Shown in pieces: positions 13,073 to 25,069 of a stretch of 64,000 bases of DNA (its first letter is position 1; every line of letters begins with the position of its first letter). Source of the stretch: Magallana gigas (taxonomy: Eukaryota); contig NC_088857.1 in assembly GCF_963853765.1 (NCBI RefSeq), positions 32,054,001 to 32,118,000 of the forward strand. Reading direction: 5' to 3'. The notes below the pieces were generated by a model. That model saw only the letters and a list, made by a program, of their open reading frames with translations. It had not been told where the DNA came from and ran no database searches. Made by a program: the position numbers and the translations under genes.

Positions 13073-15434
13073 TCAACTCATTTGGATGTTCCTGTAAGAA
13101 ATAAGTATAAATAAAACATTTCAAAAAAAAAAATCATTTACCAGGAAACAAGAAACAGCTATGGGAAAGACGGTTAACTCTGGAAATTATATTTTACTGT
13201 ACATAAACCGTTATATAGTAAGATGTCAAATAATTGAAGCGTTTCTGACTTTACTATTTATCATGTAATAAAAATTGACTTATTCAAACAAATTGAATAC
13301 TGTCTAATTGGCGTACAGATCAAACCTGGGCTAAAATACCATTAATTAAATGGATTGTCATGCATTGATCGACTTTATACAATATCATATGCGTTAATAT
13401 TTTATAGACGGTAATTCACAATTAAAAAATTTAAAACATAGAATCCGTGTATATGTCTATTATTTATATATGGATAAAAACTCATGTTTTGTTCCACTAG
13501 TCCAACATTTTGAAAAAAATGTATTCCTGTCCGAACAACACTCACCCGATGCCTAGCGACGCCCCACTAAGCGCTTTGCGCATCTGTCCATCTCCTCTTA
13601 CCATTATCCGCTCGTTTCGTGTTCTGTTATTAGTATAATAATAAAGTAATGATAAAGTATAATATAAACGTCTGAGAATTTTTTATTCAACCATATTTTA
13701 TACATGACAACTAAGGTACGTGTGACCCACACAGCCAAGCATGGTTGACAGCTGGCTTTAATAATCACATTACAAGAACATTCATGCCGCGCATAAAAGA
13801 AAATTGATTTAATAACACTGATATCCCAATAATTGACTTTTAAACAGCCCAGGAAACACCATGGAAACCTGTGTCCGAACGGTCCAATGCACTGTGTGAA
13901 ACTGGCTTGAAATAACCCTAGTTATACGACACTGACCCTTTATAGCGGCCTTACTACGACCCCGCCTTGTATCACTTCGCTTAACCATTCGAACACGTTT
14001 CAACATGCAGCAGTAAACTTTTCCCGGTTAATTTTCTCCGAAACGCGAGAAAATTGATTTTCTGTTTATGATATCATAAGAGACAAGAACCCACACGACC
14101 ACAAAAATACAAATTAAAATAAAAACAACAAATGTATATTCATTTCATATATACGCATAGGTTTTGTTACGACGTGCCTGTATAGTTTACTTTAATATTG
14201 ATATATGTCTAAAATAACGATTTTTGGTGTATGATATGCGCACTCCTGTATTATGACATAGGACTTTTCGAGAAAGGAAAAATCATGATATTTATATAGA
14301 TATCATACCCGGCGGGCTCTCCGTTTGTGCTGGGGGCCGGGGAACGAGCCGACCTGACAGAGGGGGTGGACAGCCTCCTCCTCACTGTTGATACGTCCGG
14401 TCAGGAAGGCCTCCTCTTGGAGGGGCAGGAAGTCCCAAAACAGGGAGGAAGCCGTCGAACCTGTCAGACATTACACAGACACGGTTACAATATCTAAACA
14501 AAACTAATTTCTTTTTTTTTTTATGAAAATTTGAATGATTAAGCAAAGCTTTCCGTATTGATAACATAGGTACATGTATATGTGAGAATAAAGAATGGTT
14601 GAGTTGAAAGCTCGATCAACATACATGTTTATTTCTCATGGACCATTGCAATTCTTTTGGATAAAAATTAAGATTTCAAATTCTTATGACGTTGAATTCT
14701 AACATGAATTATTATAATAGAAAATAACACCATCTTCATACAATTGGGCTATAACTATTTGGGCTATAACTATTTGGAACCTACCCTCGTGTTCACACAG
14801 ATATCCCCAGAATCCGTCATGGCAGACACATGTCGTGGAGTTATAGTAGGCCTCGCACCACCCCCGGACACACTTCACAGAGTCACACGGGTCCACCTCT
14901 ACAAAGAAACCAAAATACAAAAAAAAAAAAATCAATTCACATGGGTCATGATTATATCCTCCATGCTGGGGATTAATTTATATATAATATATAGATAATA
15001 AAGTGGTGTTTCTAGAAGAAAAACAAAACTTGGGACATTAAATCGCCGAATTAGAATGCATTTTGTATAAAGAAATAAAGCCCCCCTGGCTTCTGGTGTC
15101 TTCATTTACAGCATTAATTTCCCAATTCGAATAATCCATAAAATGTATATCCGAAACTTCCCGGTGTAGATGTAAAACTATCCACATGCCATTGTCGTTT
15201 TGTATCTGTTCATTACCTGGGGGTATCTCAGGTTCTTCATTTCTACATCCCTGTAATCAAAATACAAATTAAAGAGACTTGGGCGATGAAAGGCGAAAAA
15301 ATAAACGATTGATATAGATTTTGTTTTTGCTTCGTCTAACTATGATTAATTTTAGCTAGACAAATGTATAGAATCGGATCACTTACATTTATACAGTGCA
15401 CGAACGAAAGAGCTAGCAATAATGAAATCATCAT
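13073..15434 (-). CDS. Small secreted protein: signal peptide, one EGF-like domain, polybasic site; 3' exons uncertain
   Basis: Phase-consistent exons: 15434-15387 (MMISLLLALSFVHCIN), 15250-15217, 14898-14785 (phase 1-1 EGF exon CDSVKCVRGWCEAYYNSTTCVCHDGFWGYLC) and 14460-14309 (ends KRRARR). One consistent 3' continuation is 14177-14155, 13623-13546, 13091-13073 (155 aa). Alternatives are 14061-13981 or 13091-12993 as terminal exon. Confidence 0.7.
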
Positions 15435-15757
15435 GTTGGAGTCGAGATGGTAAATTAAAATGAAATATACCATTTGCATGCGATTATAAACATTTTTATT
15501 TAGAAGAGATATTAAACTAATGGATAGCAAGAACAAGATAACATCAGTCAATAGCCTCTTAAAAGAAAACTGAGTATATACATTAATTTGAATAGTTAAA
15601 TATAGTTATTGATTGGAAAACCACTTATGTTTAATTCATCCTAAATTTAGTGTCGACTAAGCAAAAAAGGTCAAATTGTATTAAATATTACACACACACG
15701 GCTGTACATATATCAGTACATGTATTAACATTATATCACATGTAAATATATACATGT

Positions 15758-16271
15758 CATAGGCGTCGGAACCGGGGGGGGGGGGGGGGCTAGGGGGGGC
15801 TTAGCCCCCCCACTTTTTTCTGCAAATTTATACCTTACCATTAGAAACATAGCATGATAGAGGGTTCAGCCCCCCCCCCCCCCACTTTTTCTCGCAGGAA
15901 AGATTATTGTATCTAAATTTACCTTGAAAGATTGAAAAGTTGGATTCAGAAGCATACTAGTCCCTTTTTCTCGCAGGAAAGATTATTATATCTAAATTTA
16001 CCTTGAAAGATGAAAAGTTGGATTCAGAAGCATACAAGCTCCCCCCCCCCCCCCCCCCCCCCCCGACGGATTAGGAATTTCATGATTTTGGAAAAAAAAA
16101 ATTGGGGTAAGTAATTTTTTTGGGGGAGAAGTATATGTATACTCCCCCCCCCCCCCCCCCCCCCCCTGGATTAGGATTTCCATGATTTTGGGAATTATTT
16201 TTTCTCAATATTTCTGAGGATAAGTCTAGCCCCCCCCCCCCCCCCCTTTCAATTTGCGTCCGACGCCAGTG
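15758..16271. mobile_element. MITE with G/C homopolymer tracts
   Basis: CATAGGCGTCGGA... is inverted to ...TCCGACGCCAGTG. CATGT is repeated on both flanks. Internal duplications (TTTTTCTCGCAGGAAAGATTATT x2; C-tract-GGATTAGGA x2). Confidence 0.7.
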
Positions 16272-16683
16272 CATGTTCATTTACAGGTATCCAAACATTG
16301 TAAAGATCGCACTTACAAATGCAAGGGAAAAAACAACATCTGCACGGTTCGAAATCAGAACTTCTTTCAAGTGCAGTTTAAAACGATACTCCATTAATTC
16401 CTGTTAGCGTTCCATCATGTAAAAATTGCTTTTATAATGTAATTTACCAATTTGTAGTTGTAATTGCTATGCATAACAATTCAGTATACTGATGACATTT
16501 ACTGAATTTTATTCTATCAAATTATACGAAGTATTTGATTAAATAAAATTCAGTATTCACAGAAACGATACTTTTTATATTGCTAAACAAAATTTTTATA
16601 GAAAGCAATAACGAATATGTGTTGTAGTTCTAAAGATAAAACTCAAGTGTTTAACTCTCTATAAAGATAAATTACCGAACCCC

Positions 16684-16686
<3 letters not shown>

Positions 16687-16728
<42 letters not shown>

Positions 16729-16736
16729 TCTCTCTC
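16687..16736. repeat. (CT)n microsatellite
   Basis: Read directly. Confidence 0.95.
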
Positions 16737-16800
16737 AGAGGCAAGGATATCGGAGCTTTTTGTCTGTTTGTAAAGTAACATCTTGTTTACAATGAACTAA

Positions 16801-17019
16801 TACCGTATGTCCTGTAATTTTCGCGATGATCTAATTTTCGCTTTTTTCGCGATCTCTTTTCAATCGCAAATAATTCAATACGCAGAAATTATATCCTGTA
16901 GCATTTTCTATAAGAAACTGTTTAAATTGCAAAAAATGACTGACGCAAATTAAAAATGTAACAGATTTTCCCTATATTCCCAAGTTTTGTGACACGCGGA
17001 AAAAACCGGATATAAGGTA
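16801..17019. mobile_element. TA-flanked MITE, same family as 63796-64000
   Basis: Ends TACCGTATGTCC / GGATATAAGGTA; colinear with the 63.8-kb copy. Confidence 0.8.
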
Positions 17020-18350
17020 TGATAGTATTAATACTTTTTTTCATTGGTATTTCAAAGAAAGAAGATAATGTAGGTGAGATTTACTATTATCACAAGAAAA
17101 AGTCAGAAAAACTCACAAAATTAGTTAGTTGCTTAGATTTATTGTACAAATTACTGGTATAAAAATACAGACTAGATGAATCACATATAATTGATTATAC
17201 CCTGGGCCATTTAAAAAACAAAAATGATAACCACTACAAATTTAAAAAGCAATAATTGATATAGGTTCATTTTGATAAAAGCTATGATAAATCTTAGTCA
17301 TTTTTACTAAATGAATAGCAATATACTGTTCCAAAATATGAAACAAATACTATCTTAATTTTCTCTAAACACATATACATCTATAAAACAAAAACTATAC
17401 TGTATATCCATTTGTTTGTTTTTTTTGTGTGCTGCAAATTTTGCAAACATGAAATACATGGAAAACCTTTTCATTAACAAAATTTACTCATGAACAATCA
17501 CATGCTATTCAGTTTTACATGGTACAAAATAACTTGCTACAGTTATAAAATATGATTCATGAATGTTTATTTTGTAGTGATTATAAAATGGCCCTGAAAA
17601 TAAGGAGAAATTTGTGGATATACAGTATGTACATTAAAATAGAAGTAAACATATCTCGAACAAGACAGATATATATTAATAAATGCATTATACAACCTAA
17701 TCAAACAAGTAAATCAACAAATAGATATAATTGGTATTTTGATATTTCTTCTTTATATATGATATAATCCACAAAATAAGCGTGGCAAATGCATAGCATT
17801 CTGTTAAATGTGCATTAATACACATTCAACAGAAGATGTAACTTTCTATACAATTGAAGCACTTTATATACCATGCATAATATCTAATCAAAACGATATC
17901 TAATAGTTTTCTTTTTTTGACAATTTTTCCAAAATAAATACTATATTACTTAATTTTTCTTCAGAATGGTATGTTTGCTTAATCTATCAATATCATATTT
18001 CAGTAGAGTTAATTGAGCTATCAATTCATCAGAAATTGCAAAAATATAAAATTGCCATTTTGATTTATAATCTTATTTGTGCCATTTACATGAATTCATG
18101 CAGTCATCCATTTAAAAATAAAAAAAAGTGGGCACTTGTTATCAAAAGAGCTAAAAAAAAAGTTTCACACATAACGACAAAACAATTAATACTGTGAATT
18201 GTACCGCGTATTACAAATTACTTCATTCAAAATAGATTGTCAAAATTGATTGTTTCTTTGATAATACAGCATGAATTGCATCTTTGGGTGATCGCTACTC
18301 TTCAATCTCAATCCTATTAAAGTGTCCACAAGTATGGACAAGGCCATTCC

Positions 18351-21300
18351 TTAGTAGTTTTTCAAAGATTTCTCCAGTATTCCCGTGATAACCTCCTCAT
18401 CTATTGCTTTGGGGGACAGTTTGGTCAAACGGTGCTGCAAATGATGTAAAATACATGTAAATCAAAATCAATAAAATAAATGTGAAATTGCAACTAGTTC
18501 TTGAAACCAATCATTAGCATTATCATTAGTTTACATTACTTCATCATTAGGTCACTGTGGGAACATTTTCATGTAAAAATTCTCAACACAGGCAATTGTG
18601 CCGAATATACGCATCACAAACAGGATATTTTGCAATTTTTCACATGAAATTCAAGTGCTATATAGGACATAAATTTGTCTACTACCAAAAATAGTTCAGA
18701 GTACCTAACTCATCTGTGATAATTTCACATGAATTTCAAGTGAAATTGATGTCACAGTGAATGATTTTTTTTATTGAAATTTGTGAGAGTCAAAATTGTT
18801 TGTGTACTTCTCTATGACATTTTATCCATACCTGTGGCATGGTGCCTTTGACCAGGTTGGGGATGTCGTCCTTGGTATATCCCAGGCTGGTCAGACCGTC
18901 GGGAACCTCCAGGTCCTGCATGATCAGTCGGAGGCGATCCCCCAGAATCGGACCCGCGTCCTCGACCTTCTTGTTTGTTATGTCTACCCCTGTAAATTTA
19001 ATTTTATACAACCAAATTAGCATTTCAAAAAAAATCACAAATGAATTGCTCTATACCTATACATATGATGCACATAGTATGTATAACTGTAACAACTTCC
19101 CTAAATAACAGTACAGGTATACATTCTAAAAATGTTTGTCTTTTAAATCTTAGAACTGTATTTGAATCAAAACTGTGATACATGATAATAAATGTATCAT
19201 TTTATACTTATTAAATAAGCAGTAATAGTGAGAGATTTCACATATTCAGGAAACAAAAGGGAAAAGGAAACAGAAAGGAGACTAATTACCCAGAAAAGAG
19301 GCAGCTTGTAAGTGGCGCTCTGGACAGGCAGAGGCTGTGAACTCAAACACCGCAGGGGCAGTGACGATGACGGACAGGCCGTGGGGCTAAAAGAGAATAA
19401 ATATAGGTACATGTACCTTATGTCTGTGACCAAATTCTAACAGTCTCTTTTTGTTTTTATTTACAACAAACTTATGGTATACTTTATTCATGTGTCACAA
19501 TGAGGTTCTATTTCTAAAAGCCCAAAACATGTTAATTATAAAGAATAAAAATTCTGGTGCATGTACTATTTTAGTATTCATTATCAGCGTGAGACACGAG
19601 ACAAAAAAGAAGAAATAAAAAAGATCATATATACATACAACCATAGGATGATCGTCATCATAGCCCTTGGACATGAATTCTCTGACTAGACCCGAGATAG
19701 GGTACGACATAGCATGGCTGAAAAATACCATGAGATAGACAATTATGCAAAAAAAATATCTAAGAAATTAATTGAAATTTTGAAATGTTTTACTACCTAC
19801 TTGCCACCTACTTGTCACTGCAGCACCAAAGATTACAGAATAATGTGTATAAACATAATAAGAGATTTTAATAGCACAATTTGATAAAATTACCACAAAT
19901 GACATCCAGCATTTCCGAATCCTATTCCTGCATAACAACTGGCTAAGTGCATGATAGATCTTGCCTCATCATCACTAGCATCATAGACTGCCCTGTAAAA
20001 AGTTTAAAATCATTCCTAAATTGTATCTACATGTACCATAGACATGTGGGTATAGTCAGTAAAACTTACAGATTCATATATACATCTGACAAATATATTT
20101 GTGTATCATATTACAACAATTTTTTTTCATTGAAAATGATTAATTGTATACGCTGTTTTATTACTTTTGTGGGAGGAAATTTTTGCATTTTGATTAAAAA
20201 ATAAGGCACATTTTTTTTTGGGGGGGGGGGGACTTTGAAATAAATGACACAAATTTTAGGGTTCACATGTAACAGCAAAGCTTCCCAATAAACAGAGCTG
20301 TATAGAAAAACCCAGTCATACATGTACTTAATATATTCCATACGTCAAGTTCTTCAGCAATGCCAATACCTTCTGATGTATTTGTTGGTGATTTCCAGAG
20401 CATGCCTGGACCAGATATCACTGACTGGGTTATAGCCCTGGTAGGCGGGGCGCATGTTTGGATTGGTGGGTCGAGGGGCCCTATCGTAGTATGGCAGTGC
20501 AGTGTACGATTCAATGGCATGGCTGGAAAAATGGGATTATTATCTTTATACAATATAAAATTGTACAGTTTTATATTATGAAGATTTATCAAAAGGCATG
20601 AATTCAAAACTGTTCAAATATATTTATTCATTTTACTGAGAGATATAAACTACACATTTAATATTTAGGTTTTTTACAAGTATAGGTATATGAACCTCAT
20701 TAAGATTCTATTTAGCTATTTACCACAAAACATCGATTCCACTGTAAGCTGCCACCCTCTCTGGCATACTTTTAAGATGAAGGGGATCAACAATACCCAG
20801 TGTGGGACGAATCTCTCGGTTTGAGATACCTACAATGTAGCACACAAAAAAAGTACATGTATTTATGAAGTAAATCAAAAATCTGCATCTTGTACAAATC
20901 AGAAAAATGTAGGGACTTATTTTCTACAGTGAAAGCTGCAAGCTCTCTGCAGTGAAAGCTGAATTTTACCAAAGGTCTTAAAGAAAGCTTCTCCCCTAAA
21001 TATATTTTGTTACTTTGTCAGAAAATTTGAGACATCCTGAGTAAATACCCTGATTGCTTTCAATTGGTTATATTGAATGTAATCATTTGGTAAGACTTTT
21101 GATGAATATACCGTTTAGAATGTTATATATACAATTTAATTAGCCAGTGCAAGTAACTCAATCTGATTAAAATCAGATCTTTGATCCACTCCGACAAATT
21201 CTGATGTCACTACACAAAGCGACTATCAGAATTTCGGAGCGTTACAAAGATCTGATTTTAATCAGATTGCAAGTAACTTAATTTGTAAGAGAAATGAAAC

Positions 21301-22166
21301 TTCAATCTTTGTTATACCAATATTGTATGAGTAATTTAAATCAGTAACATTACCAGTTTTGGCTTTCATGTGCTTCAAGTCGAACACAGCAGTTCCTGTC
21401 GTCTCACTTCCTGTTCCTGCTGTGGTTGTTACTGTCACAAACATTTAAGAACATTGAAAAATGAAACATGTTTGTACATATTATAGTATAAATCATACAC
21501 TTGAATAAGTATGCTACTGCAAGTGCTGTAATATGTATTAAAATAAGTTTAATCTAATCTGAGACTCATTGAGACTTTCAAATTATTAATTGCTTTGAAA
21601 ATATTGTACATGCAAAATAATGGTTATTTACATTGTATTGCATCAAATAGGCATCCTCCACATACATGTAAATACATTTTTAATTAGTTCAATATATGTA
21701 AATCTCACCGGCAATCAGTGGTTTGAGTTTGTGTGTAACAGGCAGTCCCTTTCCTATGGGGGCATTAACATAGTCCAAAAACTCTGCCTTTGGGTTGGAA
21801 GAGTAAAGATTGGCAGCTTTACAGGTGTCCATCACTGAGCCCCCTCCCACAGCCACAAAGACATCAAACTCACCCTTAGTGGCAAAATCAATGGCAGCTT
21901 TGAAACTGAAATTTCAACAATGATTCAACTTACCGTAATAAATTCATAAATAGACCGCTTCACAGTAACTGCAATACTGCTCTTTTGCAGGGCAAAATGA
22001 CATACCAGTAATTTGGTGAAATATGACGTAACATAAATTGTTTCAATTATGTCATTCAATTATCCACCTACAAAAACTTCGGCAAAGTATATCAATTTGA
22101 CCATGCAAGAGAGCAGTACCACAGTTACTAGTACCTTGAAGGGGTCTATTCATATTTAAAAATTTG

Positions 22167-22251
<85 letters not shown>

Positions 22252-24226
22252 AGGTTAAGAACAGTTGCAATTTGTCCTGAAATATAAATGTTTTTAAAAA
22301 CATGGATTTTGAAAACCCTGTTTTCTTCACCTTTGATCACTGGGTTCCACTCTACATTTATCATACACACTGTACTTCAGTCCTGCTTTTTCCAGGGCAT
22401 CACAGACTACCTGGACTGGGGGCAACTTAACCAGAGTTCTGTCTGTCATCACACAAATATTTCTACCTCCTAGGTTCTTGCAGTCCTGTTCAAATGATAA
22501 ATGGAAAAGACCTGAAAATCTTCATTCCGGCATTGGCATTCAGCAAGAGCATTTTCAGATGTTAAAATCAAGTGTCTTACCATTCCAATTTCTTGTGTAA
22601 CCCCTTCCCCATATCTTATGTTGGAACATGCCATCTTGAAAAGAGAATACATTTAATGACTGTCTAACAAGTAAATGACCATATCAGATATCATTGGCAG
22701 ACATTCCAAGTTTGTAGTCACTTCCTACTAGTACTCATGTAAATTATATGTTATTAATTATAACATGATAATAATACTTTGTAAACTTTGGTATTATTAA
22801 AAATGATTATCCGTAATTACTAGCTGGTACTGAGTATCTGGAGCACCTAAGAATTATCAGCAATTCTCGCGATTCAACTTACTTCAAATGCATATTCCTT
22901 TTCGTCTGTGTTTGTTCCATATTGCTCTATAAAGGAAAAATAAAATGCAAAAAAGCAACATGCATAAAAACAATAAAAAAGTAATTAAAATGAATATTGG
23001 CAGAAATGAAAGACAGTGTACCTAATGTAATCAACCTAAATACATTACAAAATGATATACTGCCATATTTAGAAACATATTTACATATTTAATGGAAAAA
23101 ATATATAGCTGAGAATCGAGTCAAGTGTATAAAAATTGCAAATGAACTTATTTAATTACTTACTTCTCCCCTGTACTAAGGTGGCACCCTGTCTATTTCC
23201 TGCCAACCTGAAAACACAACTGTACAGTAGNNNNNNNNNNNNNNNNNNNNNNNNNNNNNNNNNNNNNNNNNNNNNNNNNNNNNNNNNNNNNNNNNNNNNN
23301 NNNNNNNNNNNNNNNNNNNNNNNNNNNNNNNNNNNNNNNNNNNNNNNNNNNNNNNNNNNNNNATCAAGGCCCATTTCAACCCCATTTGGATGCACTTGCA
23401 TGAAGGTGAACTGAAGTGACTGACTTTTAATAGTGGAATATGGGATTAAAATCTTCAACATTGATCAATATCTGTAGGTCTAGAGATAAGTTCTTCAACA
23501 TGCTTGTACTGTCAAGGACACACTTTTTAAATTTAGGGATAAGTTTGTATATATTGTATTAAAAAATGGCTTTCAATCTAAAATATTAGAAATAAACTCC
23601 TGTGGTAGCCACATTGGAAACATTGTATTGTAACCATGAACATTCTAATGGTGCATATTTCTAAATAAAGAATATCAAAATATCTGAAACACCTACACAT
23701 TATGCAGTTTTAAAATGCATGAGCATGATGAGGGCGACAGTTAAAAACTAACTATACATAGAATTAACACATTAATGGAGGGAACCCTCAGGTATTGCAT
23801 ATCTTTTTAAAAAAGTAAAATGATATATATCTCATGACCTCATATGGCAAGAAAAAAGGGTCAACATATTTTAAACTCTTAAAAAATGTGAACTTTTATA
23901 CAGTAAAACAAAAATTTTGATACAAATGATCACCAAAAAAGTATCACCTTATGCATTTTAAAGTAAAACAAGAAATGGAGAAAAATGCACGGTTTTCGAG
24001 GTTAGTAACGGTGGTATGTGTTTACTCAAAGATGACCCCCATTATACATTTACAGATAATTTTTTAGTACGTCGCGTCTTCTTTTATTTCTGGAACAATT
24101 TATGTGTCAATTAAAACAAAACATTTTATGCAAGATATAAGATAAAAAGGTGTAGTTTTTTGCAAATACAGACCTTAAGTTACTAAACCTTTTAAATATT
24201 TGTCCCAATGCACTTTTCCCTGCCAT
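18351..24226 (-). CDS. ADHFE1: Hydroxyacid-oxoacid transhydrogenase, mitochondrial (Fe-ADH family), 14 exons, 461 aa
   Basis: Exons: 24226-24189, 23207-23164, 22926-22883, 22634-22581, 22485-22331, 21905-21709, 21431-21354, 20829-20724, 20522-20370, 19992-19894, 19717-19639, 19386-19290, 18989-18832, 18434-18351 (1386 nt, phases consistent). Motifs: [77 protein letters not shown]. The basic N-terminus lacks acidic residues, consistent with a presequence. Confidence 0.96.
21159..21269. mobile_element. 111-bp foldback element with perfect 9-bp TSD (Mutator-like) in an ADHFE1 intron
   Basis: CAATCTGATTAAAATCAGATCTTTG / CAAAGATCTGATTTTAATCAGATTG, with an inner CTCCG..AAATTCTGAT / ATCAGAATTTCGGAG pair. 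CAAGTAACT occurs at 21150-21158 and 21270-21278. Confidence 0.8.
22169..22248. repeat. (GA)n microsatellite
   Basis: Read directly. Confidence 0.97.
23231..23362. other. Assembly gap (132 N) in ADHFE1 intron 1
   Basis: Run of N. Confidence 1.
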
Positions 24227-24424
24227 TCTCGATTTCCTCAGTCAAATTCTGAAGTTGTTCCACTTAAAATATTGCTCGGGCTCGATATTCAGACCCGCTA
24301 TCAGCTGATTGCCGATTTTGATTTTTTAGCTGCGTAAATGAAATTGGTAGCTGTAATAGGAAATAGAAGAAAAATGAGTTGATGCTGAACAATAACGAAT
24401 TTTTATGGCATGTTAGCCTGTCAG
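24227..24424. promoter_or_regulatory. Probable compact bidirectional promoter, with a candidate + strand non-coding first exon ending at 24424
   Basis: ADHFE1 ATG is at 24226 (-). A CAG|GTATTT donor lies at 24425 and a pyrimidine-rich acceptor at 25043-25044, just before the + strand ATG (25070). CpG is locally enriched. Confidence 0.5.
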
Positions 24425-25069
24425 GTATTTGTTATTTAAATCTATAGTATAAAAAGTATTTCGAATTTTCTCAGCTAACTCCACCCCCACTTAATCATTG
24501 TTTATCACCGTGTTCACATGGTTCAGTGTTTTAGGTGTTATACAGGCCGTTACTTCTTGTCAAAACCACCAGCTGTGGTAAAAGGTCTCGTTTGTTGTTA
24601 TTTCTTCTGCATTTGTATAAATTTTCAATTTCATGAAATATTCATTTTTAAAATTTGATGTTAACAGCTAGATTTATGAAATATTAAAACAGAGACTGAT
24701 AAACTGATTAAAACAATTAAATCTAAATGGTATTTTATGTATTTTTACTTTCTTCTAAAGAATCCAAGTTTTCTTGAAAATCTTGGGCCTTTTTTGGGGT
24801 TTGGTTTTGTTTTTACGTTGGGATGTATTCTTTTTGAGAAGTGGACAGGCATAGTGGATGTTATTCTCTTTTGAGAAGTGGACAGGCATAGCCTACATCC
24901 ATGGATGTGTTACTTTCATTATTTTTGCTTAAAAATCTACAAAATGTATCTTAATTTGTTTGAAGCTATGATGTTATTTATAAACACTGATTAATAAAGT
25001 TCACTGTAATTAATTCTCTTTGTTTTTTCCTCTCCAATACCCAGATTCTGTGACAAATAGACTTGAGAA

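Noticed and set aside
23136-23461. ORFs spanning the N gap; possible extra ADHFE1 exon
   Set aside because: These are artefacts of translating through Ns. The 14-exon model joins in frame without this region, though hidden sequence cannot be excluded.
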